Shown piece after piece: positions 18,326 to 27,282 of a DNA stretch of 64,000 nt. Every line of letters starts with the position of its first letter. The stretch's first letter is position 1. The position numbers and the translations under genes are program-made. Source of the stretch: an uncultured Candidatus Saccharibacteria bacterium (GTDB lineage: Bacteria; Patescibacteriota; Minisyncoccia; Phycocordibacterales; DATDWN01). The notes beneath the pieces were generated by a model, which was not told the DNA's origin, did no database searches, and saw only the letters and a list, made by a program, of their open reading frames with translations. The stretch spans positions 8,116-72,115 of the forward strand of contig CAYRYA010000004.1 of NCBI GenBank assembly GCA_964428435.1. Reading direction: 5' to 3'.

Positions 18326-18697
18326 CTATACCACCTCTGGGGCGAGTGAGATAATCTTCTGATACCCCGCTTCTCCGATCTCTCGGGGGATTGGTCCAAA
18401 CACACGACCAGCTACTGGTTCCTTCTTTTCTTTTGAAACAATAACTACTGCATTCTCATCAAATCGAATATATGAACCATCCTTTCTTCGAAATGGAGCC
18501 TTTTGTCGAACCACTACAGCATAGAGCACGTCTTTCTTTTTTGCTCCTTTTCGTGGTTCTGCTTTTTGAACAGAAAGAACAACCATCTCTCCCAATCGTG
18601 CATATCGCTTCTTTGAACTTCCAAGTACTTTGAAAATTCGTCCGATTTTTGCTCCGGTGTTATCTGCGATTTTAACAATTGATTGTGGCTGGATCAT
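18326..18697 (-). CDS. rplN: 50S ribosomal protein L14
   Basis: 123 aa; MIQPQSIVKIADNTGAK typical L14. Confidence 0.9.
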   Translation of the reverse strand: MIQPQSIVKIADNTGAKIGRIFKVLGSSKKRYARLGEMVVLSVQKAEPRKGAKKKDVLYAVVVRQKAPFRRKDGSYIRFDENAVVIVSKEKKEPVAGRVFGPIPREIGEAGYQKIISLAPEVV

Positions 18698-18703
18698 ATA
18701 ATT

Positions 18704-18973
18704 TTATTTAGTTACAACAACAAAATGCTTATCTTTTGAAATTGGTCGAGTTTCTTTAATCTCTACTTTATCCCCTACTTTATGAGCATTTCCTACATCA
18801 TGAGCTTTGAAACGCTTACTGATTTGCATGAATTTACCATACTTTGGATGCTTTACAAATCGGTTTACGAGTACTACCACAGTATCTTTCATTTTGTCAG
18901 ATACAACAATACCAGTAAGGATTCGTCCTTGTTCTGATTTCTCTGTATGTGGTTGTATTTTTTTTGTTGCCAT
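18704..18973 (-). CDS. rpsQ: 30S ribosomal protein S17
   Basis: 89 aa; GIVVSDKMKDTVVVLVNRFVKHPKYGKF typical S17. Confidence 0.9.
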   Translation of the reverse strand: MATKKIQPHTEKSEQGRILTGIVVSDKMKDTVVVLVNRFVKHPKYGKFMQISKRFKAHDVGNAHKVGDKVEIKETRPISKDKHFVVVTK

Positions 18974-18975
18974 AC

Positions 18976-19159
18976 TATTTATTTTACGTTAATTGCAGTC
19001 AAAATTCGTGCGATATCCTTTCGGATTGCATATCCTTCTTTTATATTTTTAACCTTACTACCAGCAACAGAAAAACGAAAATTTCGAAGTGCCACTCGTT
19101 TTTCACCGAGAAGAGCTTTAAGTTCTTTTTCTGTTTTATTTTTAAAATCTTTCATAACT
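18976..19159 (-). CDS. rpmC: 50S ribosomal protein L29 (not in supplied ORF track because <60 aa)
   Basis: Own translation of minus strand: MKDFKNKTEKELKALLGEKRVALRNFRFSVAGSKVKNIKEGYAIRKDIARILTAINVK, 59 aa, in the expected rplP-rpmC-rpsQ position. Confidence 0.75.
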
Positions 19160-19164
19160 CTATA

Positions 19165-19581
19165 TTATCGTGCTACTACTTTAGATTTAATAGGAAGTTT
19201 TGTTCCCGCCTTTCGAAGTGCCTCTTTTGCAATCGCTTCAGTAACACCATCAATTTCAAAAATGATTCGTCCTGGGAGCACTGGAGCAACATATGCAAAC
19301 AAATCTCCTTTTCCTTTACCGAGTTTTACTTCGGCTGGTTTTCGAGTAATTGGCATATCAGGGAAAATTCGAATCCACACTTTTCCAGTTTTACCCATTG
19401 CTCGTGAAAGCACCTTTCGAGCAGCTTCAATCTGATTTGATCGAATACGTGCATCAGTAGTTGCTTTAAGCCCAAATGAACCAAACGCAAGTGTTGCGCC
19501 ACGTGTCGCTGTACCAATACGAGACGTATTTCGTCTCATGGTATGCCATTTTCTGTATTTTACTTTTTTAGGTAGCAACAT
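19165..19581 (-). CDS. rplP: 50S ribosomal protein L16
   Basis: 138 aa; MLLPKKVKYRKWHTMRRNTSRIGTATRG typical L16. Confidence 0.9.
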   Translation of the reverse strand: MLLPKKVKYRKWHTMRRNTSRIGTATRGATLAFGSFGLKATTDARIRSNQIEAARKVLSRAMGKTGKVWIRIFPDMPITRKPAEVKLGKGKGDLFAYVAPVLPGRIIFEIDGVTEAIAKEALRKAGTKLPIKSKVVAR

Positions 19582-19591
19582 ATACGTTTAG

Positions 19592-20248
19592 TTATTTAGC
19601 AAAGATTTCTCCCTTGTAAATCCACACTTTGATACCGATCGCTCCGTATGGAAGACGTGCAGGATATGCTGCATAATCTACATCAGCTCGAAGAGTTTGA
19701 AGTGGAATTCGACCTTTTTTCATTTTTTCCTGTCGCGCCATTGACGCACCTCCTAGACGACCTGAGAGTTCAATTTTCACTCCGAGTACATCTCGGTTCG
19801 CCATTACTTTTTCAATAATCTGCTTCCCTACTCGTCGGAAAGGCATACGTTTTTCAAGACCTTCTGCAATCATGTGTGCCACAATTGTTGCATTTGTTTC
19901 TGGAGATTTTACCTCTTTGATGTCGATTTTTACTTCACCACCTGACACAAGATTTTTCTTAGCCATGAATGCCAAAATTTCATCTCGAAGTTTTGTTGCA
20001 CCTTCACCTGATCGTCCGATGATAGCACCTGGTCGTGAAGTTTCGATAATAATTCGAAGCGCTTTTTCACTTCGTTCCATTTGGATGTCAGCTACATACT
20101 GACCTCGCATTTTTTTCTCAAGAAATTCACGAATCAACACATCACTCTTCAAGAATTCTTTGAATTTAGTTTTCACGCCAAACCATCGAGATTTCCAATC
20201 TCTAATGATTCCAAGTCTATGTGAATATGGGTGTACTGTGTGTGACAT
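19592..20248 (-). CDS. rpsC: 30S ribosomal protein S3
   Basis: 218 aa; KH domain and S3 C-terminal domain. Confidence 0.9.
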   Translation of the reverse strand: MSHTVHPYSHRLGIIRDWKSRWFGVKTKFKEFLKSDVLIREFLEKKMRGQYVADIQMERSEKALRIIIETSRPGAIIGRSGEGATKLRDEILAFMAKKNLVSGGEVKIDIKEVKSPETNATIVAHMIAEGLEKRMPFRRVGKQIIEKVMANRDVLGVKIELSGRLGGASMARQEKMKKGRIPLQTLRADVDYAAYPARLPYGAIGIKVWIYKGEIFAK

Positions 20249-20333
20249 GTTTGTTAATTGAAAGTTTAAAAATCAAAATTTAAAATATTTTCTCCTACTG
20301 TATTCTTAATTTTTAAATTTTGATTTGTCATTT

Positions 20334-20750
20334 TTATTTTTGCTTTTTTACTTTTGATTTAACTTCTTTTGCCTCTGCTTTTTCCTCCATTACTACCTTA
20401 GTCTTCTTTGCTTTTGGAAGTACTTCCTCGAGAGTAACAGAGATCATACTTGTTCGCTTTCGGATAGGGTGAGCTGATCCTCGAGCTGCAGGCATTCGTC
20501 GGTACAGAGTTTTGCCACTGTTTACTTCCACAGTTTTTACAACCAAGTTTTCTGTAGGCATTGATTGTGCTTTTGCGTTTGCAAGAGCTGATTCGATGAG
20601 CTTTCGGATCGGAGCTGAAGCTCGTTTCTCAGTAAACTGCATTGAAAGAATAGCGTCAGTTACCTTTTTACCACGCACAAGGTCAGCAACTACACGAACT
20701 TTTCGTGGAGACTGTCGAAGATTTGAAAGTGTAGCGGATGCTTTTGCCAT
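20334..20750 (-). CDS. rplV: 50S ribosomal protein L22
   Basis: 138 aa; L22 core plus K/E-rich C-terminal tail. Confidence 0.9.
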   Translation of the reverse strand: MAKASATLSNLRQSPRKVRVVADLVRGKKVTDAILSMQFTEKRASAPIRKLIESALANAKAQSMPTENLVVKTVEVNSGKTLYRRMPAARGSAHPIRKRTSMISVTLEEVLPKAKKTKVVMEEKAEAKEVKSKVKKQK

Positions 20751-20759
20751 GGTATTAGA

Positions 20760-21104
20760 TTATTTTTTCTTAGCGTCAGGAGCTGCTTTAGATGCTTTTG
20801 CAGCAGCAATTTCAGACTCTTTCTTTTTAATTTCGAGCTCTTTCTGCATTTTACCTCCGTGTTTAAGGAATTTCTTTGTAGGAGAAAATTCGCCCAATCG
20901 GTGACCTACCATATCTTCAGTTACGAGAACTTCAATATGAGTCTTGCCGTTATGTACACCAAAGTTGAATCCTACCATTTCAGGCGAGATTACACATGCT
21001 CGTGACCATGTTTTAATAACCCCAGTTTCAATAGGTTTTTTACCCTCAATCTTTTTGAGAACTCGTGGGTCTACATATGGTCCTTTGTGTGATGATCGTG
21101 TCAT
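20760..21104 (-). CDS. rpsS: 30S ribosomal protein S19
   Basis: 114 aa; [19 protein letters not shown]...NGKTHIEV typical S19, with K/A-rich C-terminal extension. Confidence 0.9.
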   Translation of the reverse strand: MTRSSHKGPYVDPRVLKKIEGKKPIETGVIKTWSRACVISPEMVGFNFGVHNGKTHIEVLVTEDMVGHRLGEFSPTKKFLKHGGKMQKELEIKKKESEIAAAKASKAAPDAKKK

Positions 21105-21234
21105 GAAAAATTGATGAAAAATACTCTTTATTTTGCAAGAGTGTTAAATACCCTAAACAAAAACGAGATGCAAGAGGAAAACTCTTACGTGCGCTCTATA
21201 CTATACAAAATGCGACGATATGTCAAACGGATTA

Positions 21235-21275
21235 GAGTCCATCAAGTCAAAAGTCCTTAAAGTCTGTAAAGTCGG
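21235..21275. repeat. 9-bp-periodic GACTT/AAGTC array immediately upstream of rpsS promoter
   Basis: gagtccatcaagtcaaaagtccttaaagtctgtaaagtcgg; on the minus strand followed by TTGACA-N15-TATAGTATA. Confidence 0.55.
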
Positions 21276-21362
21276 ATATTTAAGGGTAATTTTGGGCAAA
21301 ATTAAAGAGCGACCCATCCCCGCAATGGAGACTGTCGCTCTTACAGAAAACTGATTTTTCAT

Positions 21363-21713
21363 CTAGTGATAGTGAGTTACCCCTGGAAAATTCCCAGTAT
21401 TTACCCTTCTCCATTCCGAGAACCCCATCAACCAGCTTCCGTCAGGTTCACAATCCTTATAAACCTGTTCCATCTCACAGAGCTTACAGTACCTGAAATG
21501 TTGGAGGATGGGAGCACCACCGTATTCATTCCGATGTTTTTCAGTACAATACCTGAGACTGAACCTCTTGCAGTCGAGACAGAAGTACCTGCTAGACCCA
21601 AAAATAACACCAATCACAGAATAAGTTATGTACCCCCCTAAGCTCATTGATACAAGGAACCCAAACAGTACATACACTAAAAGCGCTAACTTAACTACAA
21701 AACCTTTCAACAT
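21363..21713 (-). CDS. small membrane-anchored Cys-rich protein, hypothetical (inserted between rplB and rpsS)
   Basis: 116 aa; two N-terminal hydrophobic helices then CLDC...C...CKLC...C; own TTGACA-like promoter after the rplB terminator and its own downstream hairpin. Confidence 0.45.
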   Translation of the reverse strand: MLKGFVVKLALLVYVLFGFLVSMSLGGYITYSVIGVIFGSSRYFCLDCKRFSLRYCTEKHRNEYGGAPILQHFRYCKLCEMEQVYKDCEPDGSWLMGFSEWRRVNTGNFPGVTHYH

Positions 21714-21756
21714 GTCACTCTCCTGGTGATTAAGCTACCACACAAAGTATTATTGT

Positions 21757-21797
21757 CAAAAAACACCCCTATCTTTTTATAAGGGGTGCTTTTTGTT
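21757..21797 (-). terminator. terminator immediately after rplB
   Basis: GCACCCCTTATAAAAAGATAGGGGTGTTTTTTG on minus strand, 1 nt after rplB stop. Confidence 0.6.
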
Positions 21798-22640
21798 TTA
21801 CTTTCTCTTTCCAACTTTTCGTCGAGAGACGATGTGTTTATTAGAATATTTCTTAGGAGTTCGAGTCTTCTGTCCCTTACCTGTCGGTCGTCCGTATACA
21901 GACACTGCTCGACGTCGTCCTCGGCCTTGTCGGCCTTCTCCACCTCCGTATGGGTGGTCAACTGGGTTCTGAGCAGTACCTCGCACTGTAGGGCGGATAC
22001 CGAGCCAGCGTGAGCGTCCTGCTTTACCGAGGTTTACGAGTCGGTTTTCATCGTTTGCTACTTCACCAACTGTTGCAAATGCAGTATCTTTCACCTTTCG
22101 CACTTCAGATGAAGGCATTTTGAGGTCAACGTATCCTGCGTCTTTCGCAATGAGCTCAATGTAACTTCCACCAGATCGAGCAAGCTTTGCTCCTCCTTGT
22201 GGTTTCACCTCTACGTTGTAGATAAATGTACCAATAGTAATATTTTTGAGTGGGAGTCGATTTCCTGTTTTTACTTCTGCATTTTCTGCAGTGATATATG
22301 TATCACCTACTTTAGCTCCTTTAGGAAGAAGGATGTATCGCTTCTCACCATCTTTGTATACTGCAAGACCGATAAATCCCGATCGGTTTGGATCGTATTC
22401 AACAGTTTTAACTGTGTAAGGAATATTGATTTTGTTGTATACGAAATCAATTTCTCGGAAAAGTCGTTTATGTCCTGCCCCTTTATGTCGAGTAGTAATC
22501 ACACCCTGGTTATTTCGTCCAACTGATCGTTTAAAACCTCGTGTGAGTGACTTTACAGGCTTTGCGGTAGTCAAAACTGCACCGTAGTTGATCGATGTCA
22601 TGTTTCGACGTGATGGGGTTGTTGGTTGGTATCTCTTCAT
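21798..22640 (-). CDS. rplB: 50S ribosomal protein L2
   Basis: 280 aa; L2 conserved core and GGGEGR motif. Confidence 0.95.
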   Translation of the reverse strand: MKRYQPTTPSRRNMTSINYGAVLTTAKPVKSLTRGFKRSVGRNNQGVITTRHKGAGHKRLFREIDFVYNKINIPYTVKTVEYDPNRSGFIGLAVYKDGEKRYILLPKGAKVGDTYITAENAEVKTGNRLPLKNITIGTFIYNVEVKPQGGAKLARSGGSYIELIAKDAGYVDLKMPSSEVRKVKDTAFATVGEVANDENRLVNLGKAGRSRWLGIRPTVRGTAQNPVDHPYGGGEGRQGRGRRRAVSVYGRPTGKGQKTRTPKKYSNKHIVSRRKVGKRK

Positions 22641-22736
22641 AAATGTAAAATTGAAATCTCAAAAATAAAAATGTTGTATGCTTAATTTTTTAACTCTGCT
22701 TTGTCATTTTTCATTTTCATTTTTGATTTTTGATTT

Positions 22737-23018
22737 TTAAATGACTTCTATCGTCTCACCTTTCTTAAGGTATACATATGCTTTCTTAAGACCTTTTTTG
22801 AAACCAACTTTTCCTCGTACAAATACTTTTTTCTGAGGGTTAGTCACCGTAGTCACCTTTACAGGAGATACTTTGTAGATTTCTTTTACTGCTTTGATCA
22901 CATCTGTCTTTGTTGCGTGTTTTGGAATCTCAAATGTATACACTGAAGACTCTGACTTAAGCGCAGCTTTTTCTGTGATTCGTGGTCGCAATAATACTGT
23001 TTTAAGGTCTGCTTTCAT
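22737..23018 (-). CDS. rplW: 50S ribosomal protein L23
   Basis: 93 aa; L23 pattern. Confidence 0.85.
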   Translation of the reverse strand: MKADLKTVLLRPRITEKAALKSESSVYTFEIPKHATKTDVIKAVKEIYKVSPVKVTTVTNPQKKVFVRGKVGFKKGLKKAYVYLKKGETIEVI

Positions 23019-23027
23019 ATTATTTTA

Positions 23028-23690
23028 TTATGCAAGTTTAGAGCTAACTGTTGCGAGAGACTCTGCTGGATTCTCGATCACAATGTATTTATATTTCATC
23101 AAATCAACAGGGTTGATATTTCGGATTTCATCTACTTCAACATTACTGAAGTTACCAAAACTCTTCTTTGTAGTTACACTGTCTTTTGAAAGCGCAATCC
23201 ATGCCGAATTTTTCTTTTTAGAAAGAATGTCTGTAAAACCACCAATTTTTGAGAATGATGCAAGTGTTCCTTTTGCATCTTTTGCTTTTGGAGCAGAGAA
23301 ATTCAAAGAGTCTACAAAAAGGATTTGTCCTTTCTTAAATTTAGCTGAAAGGATAGTATACAAAGCTTTTGCCTTCATTTTCTTGTTTACCTTTCGAGTA
23401 TAGTCTTTTTCGTTTCGAGGACCATGAGTTACACCTCCACCTACCCAGATAGGAGATCGAGTAGAACCGTGTCGAGCGCGACCTGTTCCCTTTTGTTTCC
23501 AAGGTTTCTTTCCACCTCCAGATACTTCCCCTCGGTTTTTAGTGTGAGCTACTGGTGTTCGAGCACTTGATTCCATAGATACAACAACCTGGTGAACCAA
23601 GTCAGCATTCCACTTAAGACCAAACACGCTCTCTGGGAGAGTTATTGTTCCTGCTGTTTTACCTGTTTGTGTGTAAATATTTGCTTCCAT
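23028..23690 (-). CDS. rplD: 50S ribosomal protein L4
   Basis: Start set at MEANIYTQTGK; the longer ORF N-terminus (MPNATDFTDLKDW...) is a translation of the GACTT repeat array. Confidence 0.85.
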   Translation of the reverse strand: MEANIYTQTGKTAGTITLPESVFGLKWNADLVHQVVVSMESSARTPVAHTKNRGEVSGGGKKPWKQKGTGRARHGSTRSPIWVGGGVTHGPRNEKDYTRKVNKKMKAKALYTILSAKFKKGQILFVDSLNFSAPKAKDAKGTLASFSKIGGFTDILSKKKNSAWIALSKDSVTTKKSFGNFSNVEVDEIRNINPVDLMKYKYIVIENPAESLATVSSKLA

Positions 23691-23702
23691 GATTTTAAAA
23701 TT

Positions 23703-23797
23703 AGTCATAAAGTCTATCCAGTCCTTCAAGTCCGTAAAGTCGGTTGCGTTTGGCATCTGACTTGATGGACTTTCAACTTTATGAACTTTTGACTTCT
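23703..23797. repeat. inverted pair of 9-bp-periodic GACTT/AAGTC arrays between rplC and rplD
   Basis: cataaagtctatccagtccttcaagtccgtaaagtcgg ... ctgacttgatggactttcaactttatgaacttttgacttc; the two halves are mutual reverse complements. Confidence 0.6.
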
Positions 23798-24465
23798 ACT
23801 AGTGTCCCTCGGCGTCCTGCGACAGCACCTCGAATAAAGATTTCTCCTGCTTCCGCATCGATACCTGCAATAGTAAGACCGCCTGTAGTGATGCGATCAC
23901 CACCTGTTCGTCCTGCCATTCGCTTTCCTTTTGCTACACGTCCTCCGTCTCTTCCTCCACCTCCAAGAGATCCTGGTTCTCGCTCTGAGTGTTTCTGTCC
24001 GTGTGATCGAGGTCCTCCGTGGAAACCATGTCGCTTAACACCCCCCTGGAAACCTTTTCCTTTTGAGATAGAAGATACAGTAACTCCGTCTCCTGCAGCA
24101 AATGTAGAGATATCGATAATATCACCTACTTTGTATTCACCCCCTTCAATTCGGAATTCTTTGATATGAGCAAATGAACCGAGTTCTTTTACATGACCTT
24201 TTACAGCCTTTGAGATATTTTTTGGATTTCGAGAACCAAAACCTACCTGCACAGCAGTATAACCATCCTTTGAGAGGTTCTTAACTTGAGTGATTACATT
24301 AGGACTTGTTTTGATAACAGTCACTGGATGCACAATACCCTGCTCATCGAAGATCTGGGTCATATTCTGTTTTGTTCCAAGGATGAATTTCATATGATTG
24401 TATTGATTTTGAAGACATTTTTCGGACAGTAATGAGAAAAGTTTTTTCTCAACATTGCCCATCAC
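23779..24465 (-). CDS. rplC: 50S ribosomal protein L3
   Basis: 228 aa; L3 conserved core. Confidence 0.9.
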   Translation of the reverse strand: MMGNVEKKLFSLLSEKCLQNQYNHMKFILGTKQNMTQIFDEQGIVHPVTVIKTSPNVITQVKNLSKDGYTAVQVGFGSRNPKNISKAVKGHVKELGSFAHIKEFRIEGGEYKVGDIIDISTFAAGDGVTVSSISKGKGFQGGVKRHGFHGGPRSHGQKHSEREPGSLGGGGRDGGRVAKGKRMAGRTGGDRITTGGLTIAGIDAEAGEIFIRGAVAGRRGTLVEVKSS

Positions 24466-24612
24466 TAGTCCTCATAAAAAATAGCCTAAATGGCGATTTG
24501 GCAATACTAGCAGATAATGATTTTTATTTCAAGAGGGCTCAAAGAAATTACCAAGTCTGTACTCAGACGACTATAATTTCTGAGTGCCGTCAGCCTGTAC
24601 CCATCTCCCGTT

Positions 24613-24660
24613 GACGGCTATAAACAAAAAGAGGCTTGCAGATGCAAGCCTCTTCGAAAC
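24613..24660 (-). terminator. terminator after small inserted gene
   Basis: AAGAGGCTTGCATCTGCAAGCCTCTTTTTGTTT on minus strand. Confidence 0.6.
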
Positions 24661-24671
24661 AACACTTTCAC

Positions 24672-24914
24672 TTATACGGGACACTTCTGCCCCGTCAAAT
24701 ACCCTCCTCCGAGAGCCCAGCCAGCAGGGGTGAGCTGGACAATACCTCTACACTTGCAACCAGGTTTTTGACACACCCCCATATGGCTGTTTACCCCAGG
24801 TCTGAATTCATTTGGGACAGTTTTCCAGTCACCAATCTGGTGACCCAACCCGGCAGACAACTCTTCAACTTTCTTGCGCCGCCTTATTTCATTTTCGTTC
24901 AAGGGTTTTTCCAT
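24672..24914 (-). CDS. small Cys-containing hypothetical protein inserted between rpsJ and rplC
   Basis: 80 aa from MEKPLNENEIRRRKK...; GGTAGGAGG RBS 5 nt upstream; TTCAAA-16-TATATA promoter; follows rpsJ terminator; C-x4-C-x-C...C cluster. Confidence 0.4.
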   Translation of the reverse strand: MEKPLNENEIRRRKKVEELSAGLGHQIGDWKTVPNEFRPGVNSHMGVCQKPGCKCRGIVQLTPAGWALGGGYLTGQKCPV

Positions 24915-24960
24915 ATCGCCTCCTACCACCTATATAAGCACATATTTCTTTATTTGAAAA

Positions 24961-24993
24961 CAAAAACCACCCTTTCGGGCGGTTTTTGTTTAC
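24961..24993 (-). terminator. terminator immediately after rpsJ
   Basis: AAACAAAAACCGCCCGAAAGGGTGGTTTTTGTTTT on minus strand. Confidence 0.6.
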
Positions 24994-25015
24994 TTTTGAC
25001 TTTACGGACTTTTGA

Positions 25016-25381
25016 CTAAATTATCTTTACATCGATATTAACACCAGATGGAAGAGAGAGATTTGTGAGTGATTCCATAATCTTTGGAGTCGGGTTCAAA
25101 ATATCAATCAATCGCTTATGAGTTCTCATTTCAAACTGCTCTCGAGCGTTTTTATACACAAACGAAGCTCGGTTTACTGTGTATTTCTTGATCTCAGTTG
25201 GAAGCGGGATTGGACCCAAAACCTTTGCATCGTATCGAAGAGCAGTATCCATGATCTGTCGTACTGAGATATCGAGTACTTTGTACTCATATGCTCGTAC
25301 TCGGATTCGCAATTTAGAAATCGCGTCCTCTTTTGCAGCTTTTTTAGGAGCTTTTTTTGTTGTTGTTTCTTTCGTTGCCAT
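25016..25381 (-). CDS. rpsJ: 30S ribosomal protein S10
   Basis: S10 core (KLRIRVRAYEYKVLD...) with short K/A-rich N-terminal extension; start at MATKETTTKK. Confidence 0.9.
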   Translation of the reverse strand: MATKETTTKKAPKKAAKEDAISKLRIRVRAYEYKVLDISVRQIMDTALRYDAKVLGPIPLPTEIKKYTVNRASFVYKNAREQFEMRTHKRLIDILNPTPKIMESLTNLSLPSGVNIDVKII

Positions 25382-25468
25382 TACGGAGTAGCTTACCAAA
25401 CATTTAATAATATGGCAAGTGAAACGAGAAACCCGCGGGAAGCATTTGGCTTCCTGCGGGTCTGCATC

Positions 25469-25672
25469 CTATCTTTGTTTTGGTATTCGTTTCCGATATT
25501 GCTGGATCACCTTATCGGCAATCATTACAGCACCGGAGACAGTTTGTGTGCTGATTGTTTGAGACATCTCTCTGGGCGAGATATTACTTCCCTGTAAGAT
25601 AGCGCACACTGTTCTAAGCCAAATCTCACCTTCTCTATCCACATTCCAAAACTCAAACTGGTCTTCATTCAT
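25469..25672 (-). CDS. possible small protein between tuf terminator and rpsJ (hypothetical)
   Basis: 67 aa; preceded by TTGACA-16-TATTTT and AAGGA; followed by 12-bp-stem hairpin CCCGCGGGAAGC/GCTTCCTGCGGG; no homology recognised. Confidence 0.3.
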   Translation of the reverse strand: MNEDQFEFWNVDREGEIWLRTVCAILQGSNISPREMSQTISTQTVSGAVMIADKVIQQYRKRIPKQR

Positions 25673-25728
25673 ATTCGCTTAAGGTCCTTTCCAAAATACA
25701 AAATACTACCTTTATAAACTTTGTCAAT

Positions 25729-25757
25729 CAAAAAACCACCCGAAGGTGGTTTTCTGT
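25729..25757. terminator. tuf terminator (bidirectional hairpin)
   Basis: AAAAACCACC-CGAA-GGTGGTTTT with T-tracts on both strands. Confidence 0.65.
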
Positions 25758-25836
25758 ATTTGAGTTTACTTTAGACAATCACACTCTGAGGATTTTTCGC
25801 TCAGGTCGCGGATAAAATTGGAAAAAGGATCGGAGA

Positions 25837-25890
25837 TGTACTTAATGGTACATTGAGAACCTTTTTTCAATTTTAAACGATGAGATGAGT
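25837..25890 (+). repeat. conserved ~55-70-nt motif, copy 1 (second copy in clpP 5'-UTR)
   Basis: gtacttaatggtacattgagaaccttttttcaattttaaacgatgagatgagtg versus 59411-59464; conserved GUAC-loop-GUAC hairpin with different loops. Confidence 0.5.
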
Positions 25891-25914
25891 GAAAAAGACC
25901 AGAGCAGACTTACT

Positions 25915-27111
25915 TTAGGCAACAATTTTTGTAACGACACCTGCGCCAACAGTCTTGCCTCCCTCTCGGATCGCAAAACGTGTATTGTCTTCAAGCGCAA
26001 CTGGAGCAATCAATTTAACTTTGAATGTTGCTGTGTCTCCTGGCATAACCATTTCAACACCTTCTTTCAAAGTCACGTCTCCTGTTACGTCTGTAGTTCG
26101 GATGTAGAACTGTGGCTTGTAACCTGAGAAGAATGGAGTATGTCGTCCACCTTCTTCTTTCTTAAGAACGTATACTTCTGCTTCAAATTCTGTGTGTGGA
26201 TTTACAGATTTTGGCTTAGCAAGAACCTGTCCTCGAGAAATGTCTTCTTTCTTAGCACCTCGGAGGAGGATACCTGCGTTGTCTCCTGCTTGTCCTGATT
26301 CAAGAGATTTGTTGAACATTTCGATACCAGTCACTGTAAACTTAGTGATATCCTTGAGACCAACGATCTCGATTTCTTCACCTACCTTTACAACACCTCG
26401 TTCAATACGTCCTGTTACCACTGTTCCTCGTCCTTCAATAGAGAAGATATCCTCTACTGGCATAAGGAATGGTTTATCCAAATCTCGCTCTGGCATTGGA
26501 ATATATGTATCGAGTGCGTTTGCAAGCTCCAATACTTTCTTTGACCATTCATCGTTGTTGTCCGCTGCTTCAAGAGCTTTGAGTGCTGATCCTCGGATAA
26601 CTGGTGCATTATCACCATCAAATCCGTTCTTTGAAAGGAGTTCTCGAACTTCAGCTTCCACAAGGTCAATAAGATCATTATCTGGAACCATGTCGCATTT
26701 GTTCAAAAATACGATAATTTTTGGCACACCAACTTGTTTTGCCAAAAGCACATGTTCTCGAGTCTGAGGCATCGCACCGTCAGTAGCCGCTACCACAAGC
26801 ACTGCACCGTCCATCTGAGCAGCACCAGTAATCATGTTTTTGATGTAGTCAGCGTGACCTGGCGCGTCGATGTGAGCGTAGTGTCGAGTTGGTGTTGAGT
26901 ACTCGTTGTGAGAAAGCGCAATAGTAATTCCTCGTGCTTTTTCCTCTGGAGCTGAGTCGATTTCACCTACTCCTTTGATTTTAGATGAATATCCTTCTCC
27001 TGCTCGACCAAGTACGGTCAAGATAGCTGCTGTTAATGTTGTCTTACCATGGTCAACGTGTCCAATAGTACCTACGTTGAGGTGTGGTTTTGATCGATCA
27101 AAATCTGCCAT
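25915..27111 (-). CDS. tuf: elongation factor Tu
   Basis: [20 protein letters not shown]-domain motifs; start at [25 protein letters not shown]. Confidence 0.95.
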   Translation of the reverse strand: MADFDRSKPHLNVGTIGHVDHGKTTLTAAILTVLGRAGEGYSSKIKGVGEIDSAPEEKARGITIALSHNEYSTPTRHYAHIDAPGHADYIKNMITGAAQMDGAVLVVAATDGAMPQTREHVLLAKQVGVPKIIVFLNKCDMVPDNDLIDLVEAEVRELLSKNGFDGDNAPVIRGSALKALEAADNNDEWSKKVLELANALDTYIPMPERDLDKPFLMPVEDIFSIEGRGTVVTGRIERGVVKVGEEIEIVGLKDITKFTVTGIEMFNKSLESGQAGDNAGILLRGAKKEDISRGQVLAKPKSVNPHTEFEAEVYVLKKEEGGRHTPFFSGYKPQFYIRTTDVTGDVTLKEGVEMVMPGDTATFKVKLIAPVALEDNTRFAIREGGKTVGAGVVTKIVA

Positions 27112-27282
27112 ATTTTTATATAAATTATGCGTATAAATTACTAATAATTGCCATTTTGGAAACTCCAAAAACTTGATGTTCGAGAAAAACCAAATTTTGT
27201 GAACTTCTACAGCTTAAAATCGCGTACAAGCGATGCCACTAAATATAAACGAAAGAGACCCTAGAGTCAACAAGAAAAAAAC

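Noticed and set aside
14064-21104. Many plus-strand ORFs antisense to ribosomal protein genes (for example 16682..17293, 17555..18031, 18947..19435, 20512..20904)
   Set aside because: Overlap conserved r-protein genes on the opposite strand; no RBS or promoter; compositionally odd translations.
21707-21961. 84-aa ORF overlapping the 3' end of rplB
   Set aside because: Out-of-frame overlap with rplB; the real downstream gene starts at 21713 in another frame.
23744-24169. 141-aa plus-strand Pro/Arg-rich ORF
   Set aside because: Antisense to rplC; its start is a translation of the GACTT repeat array.
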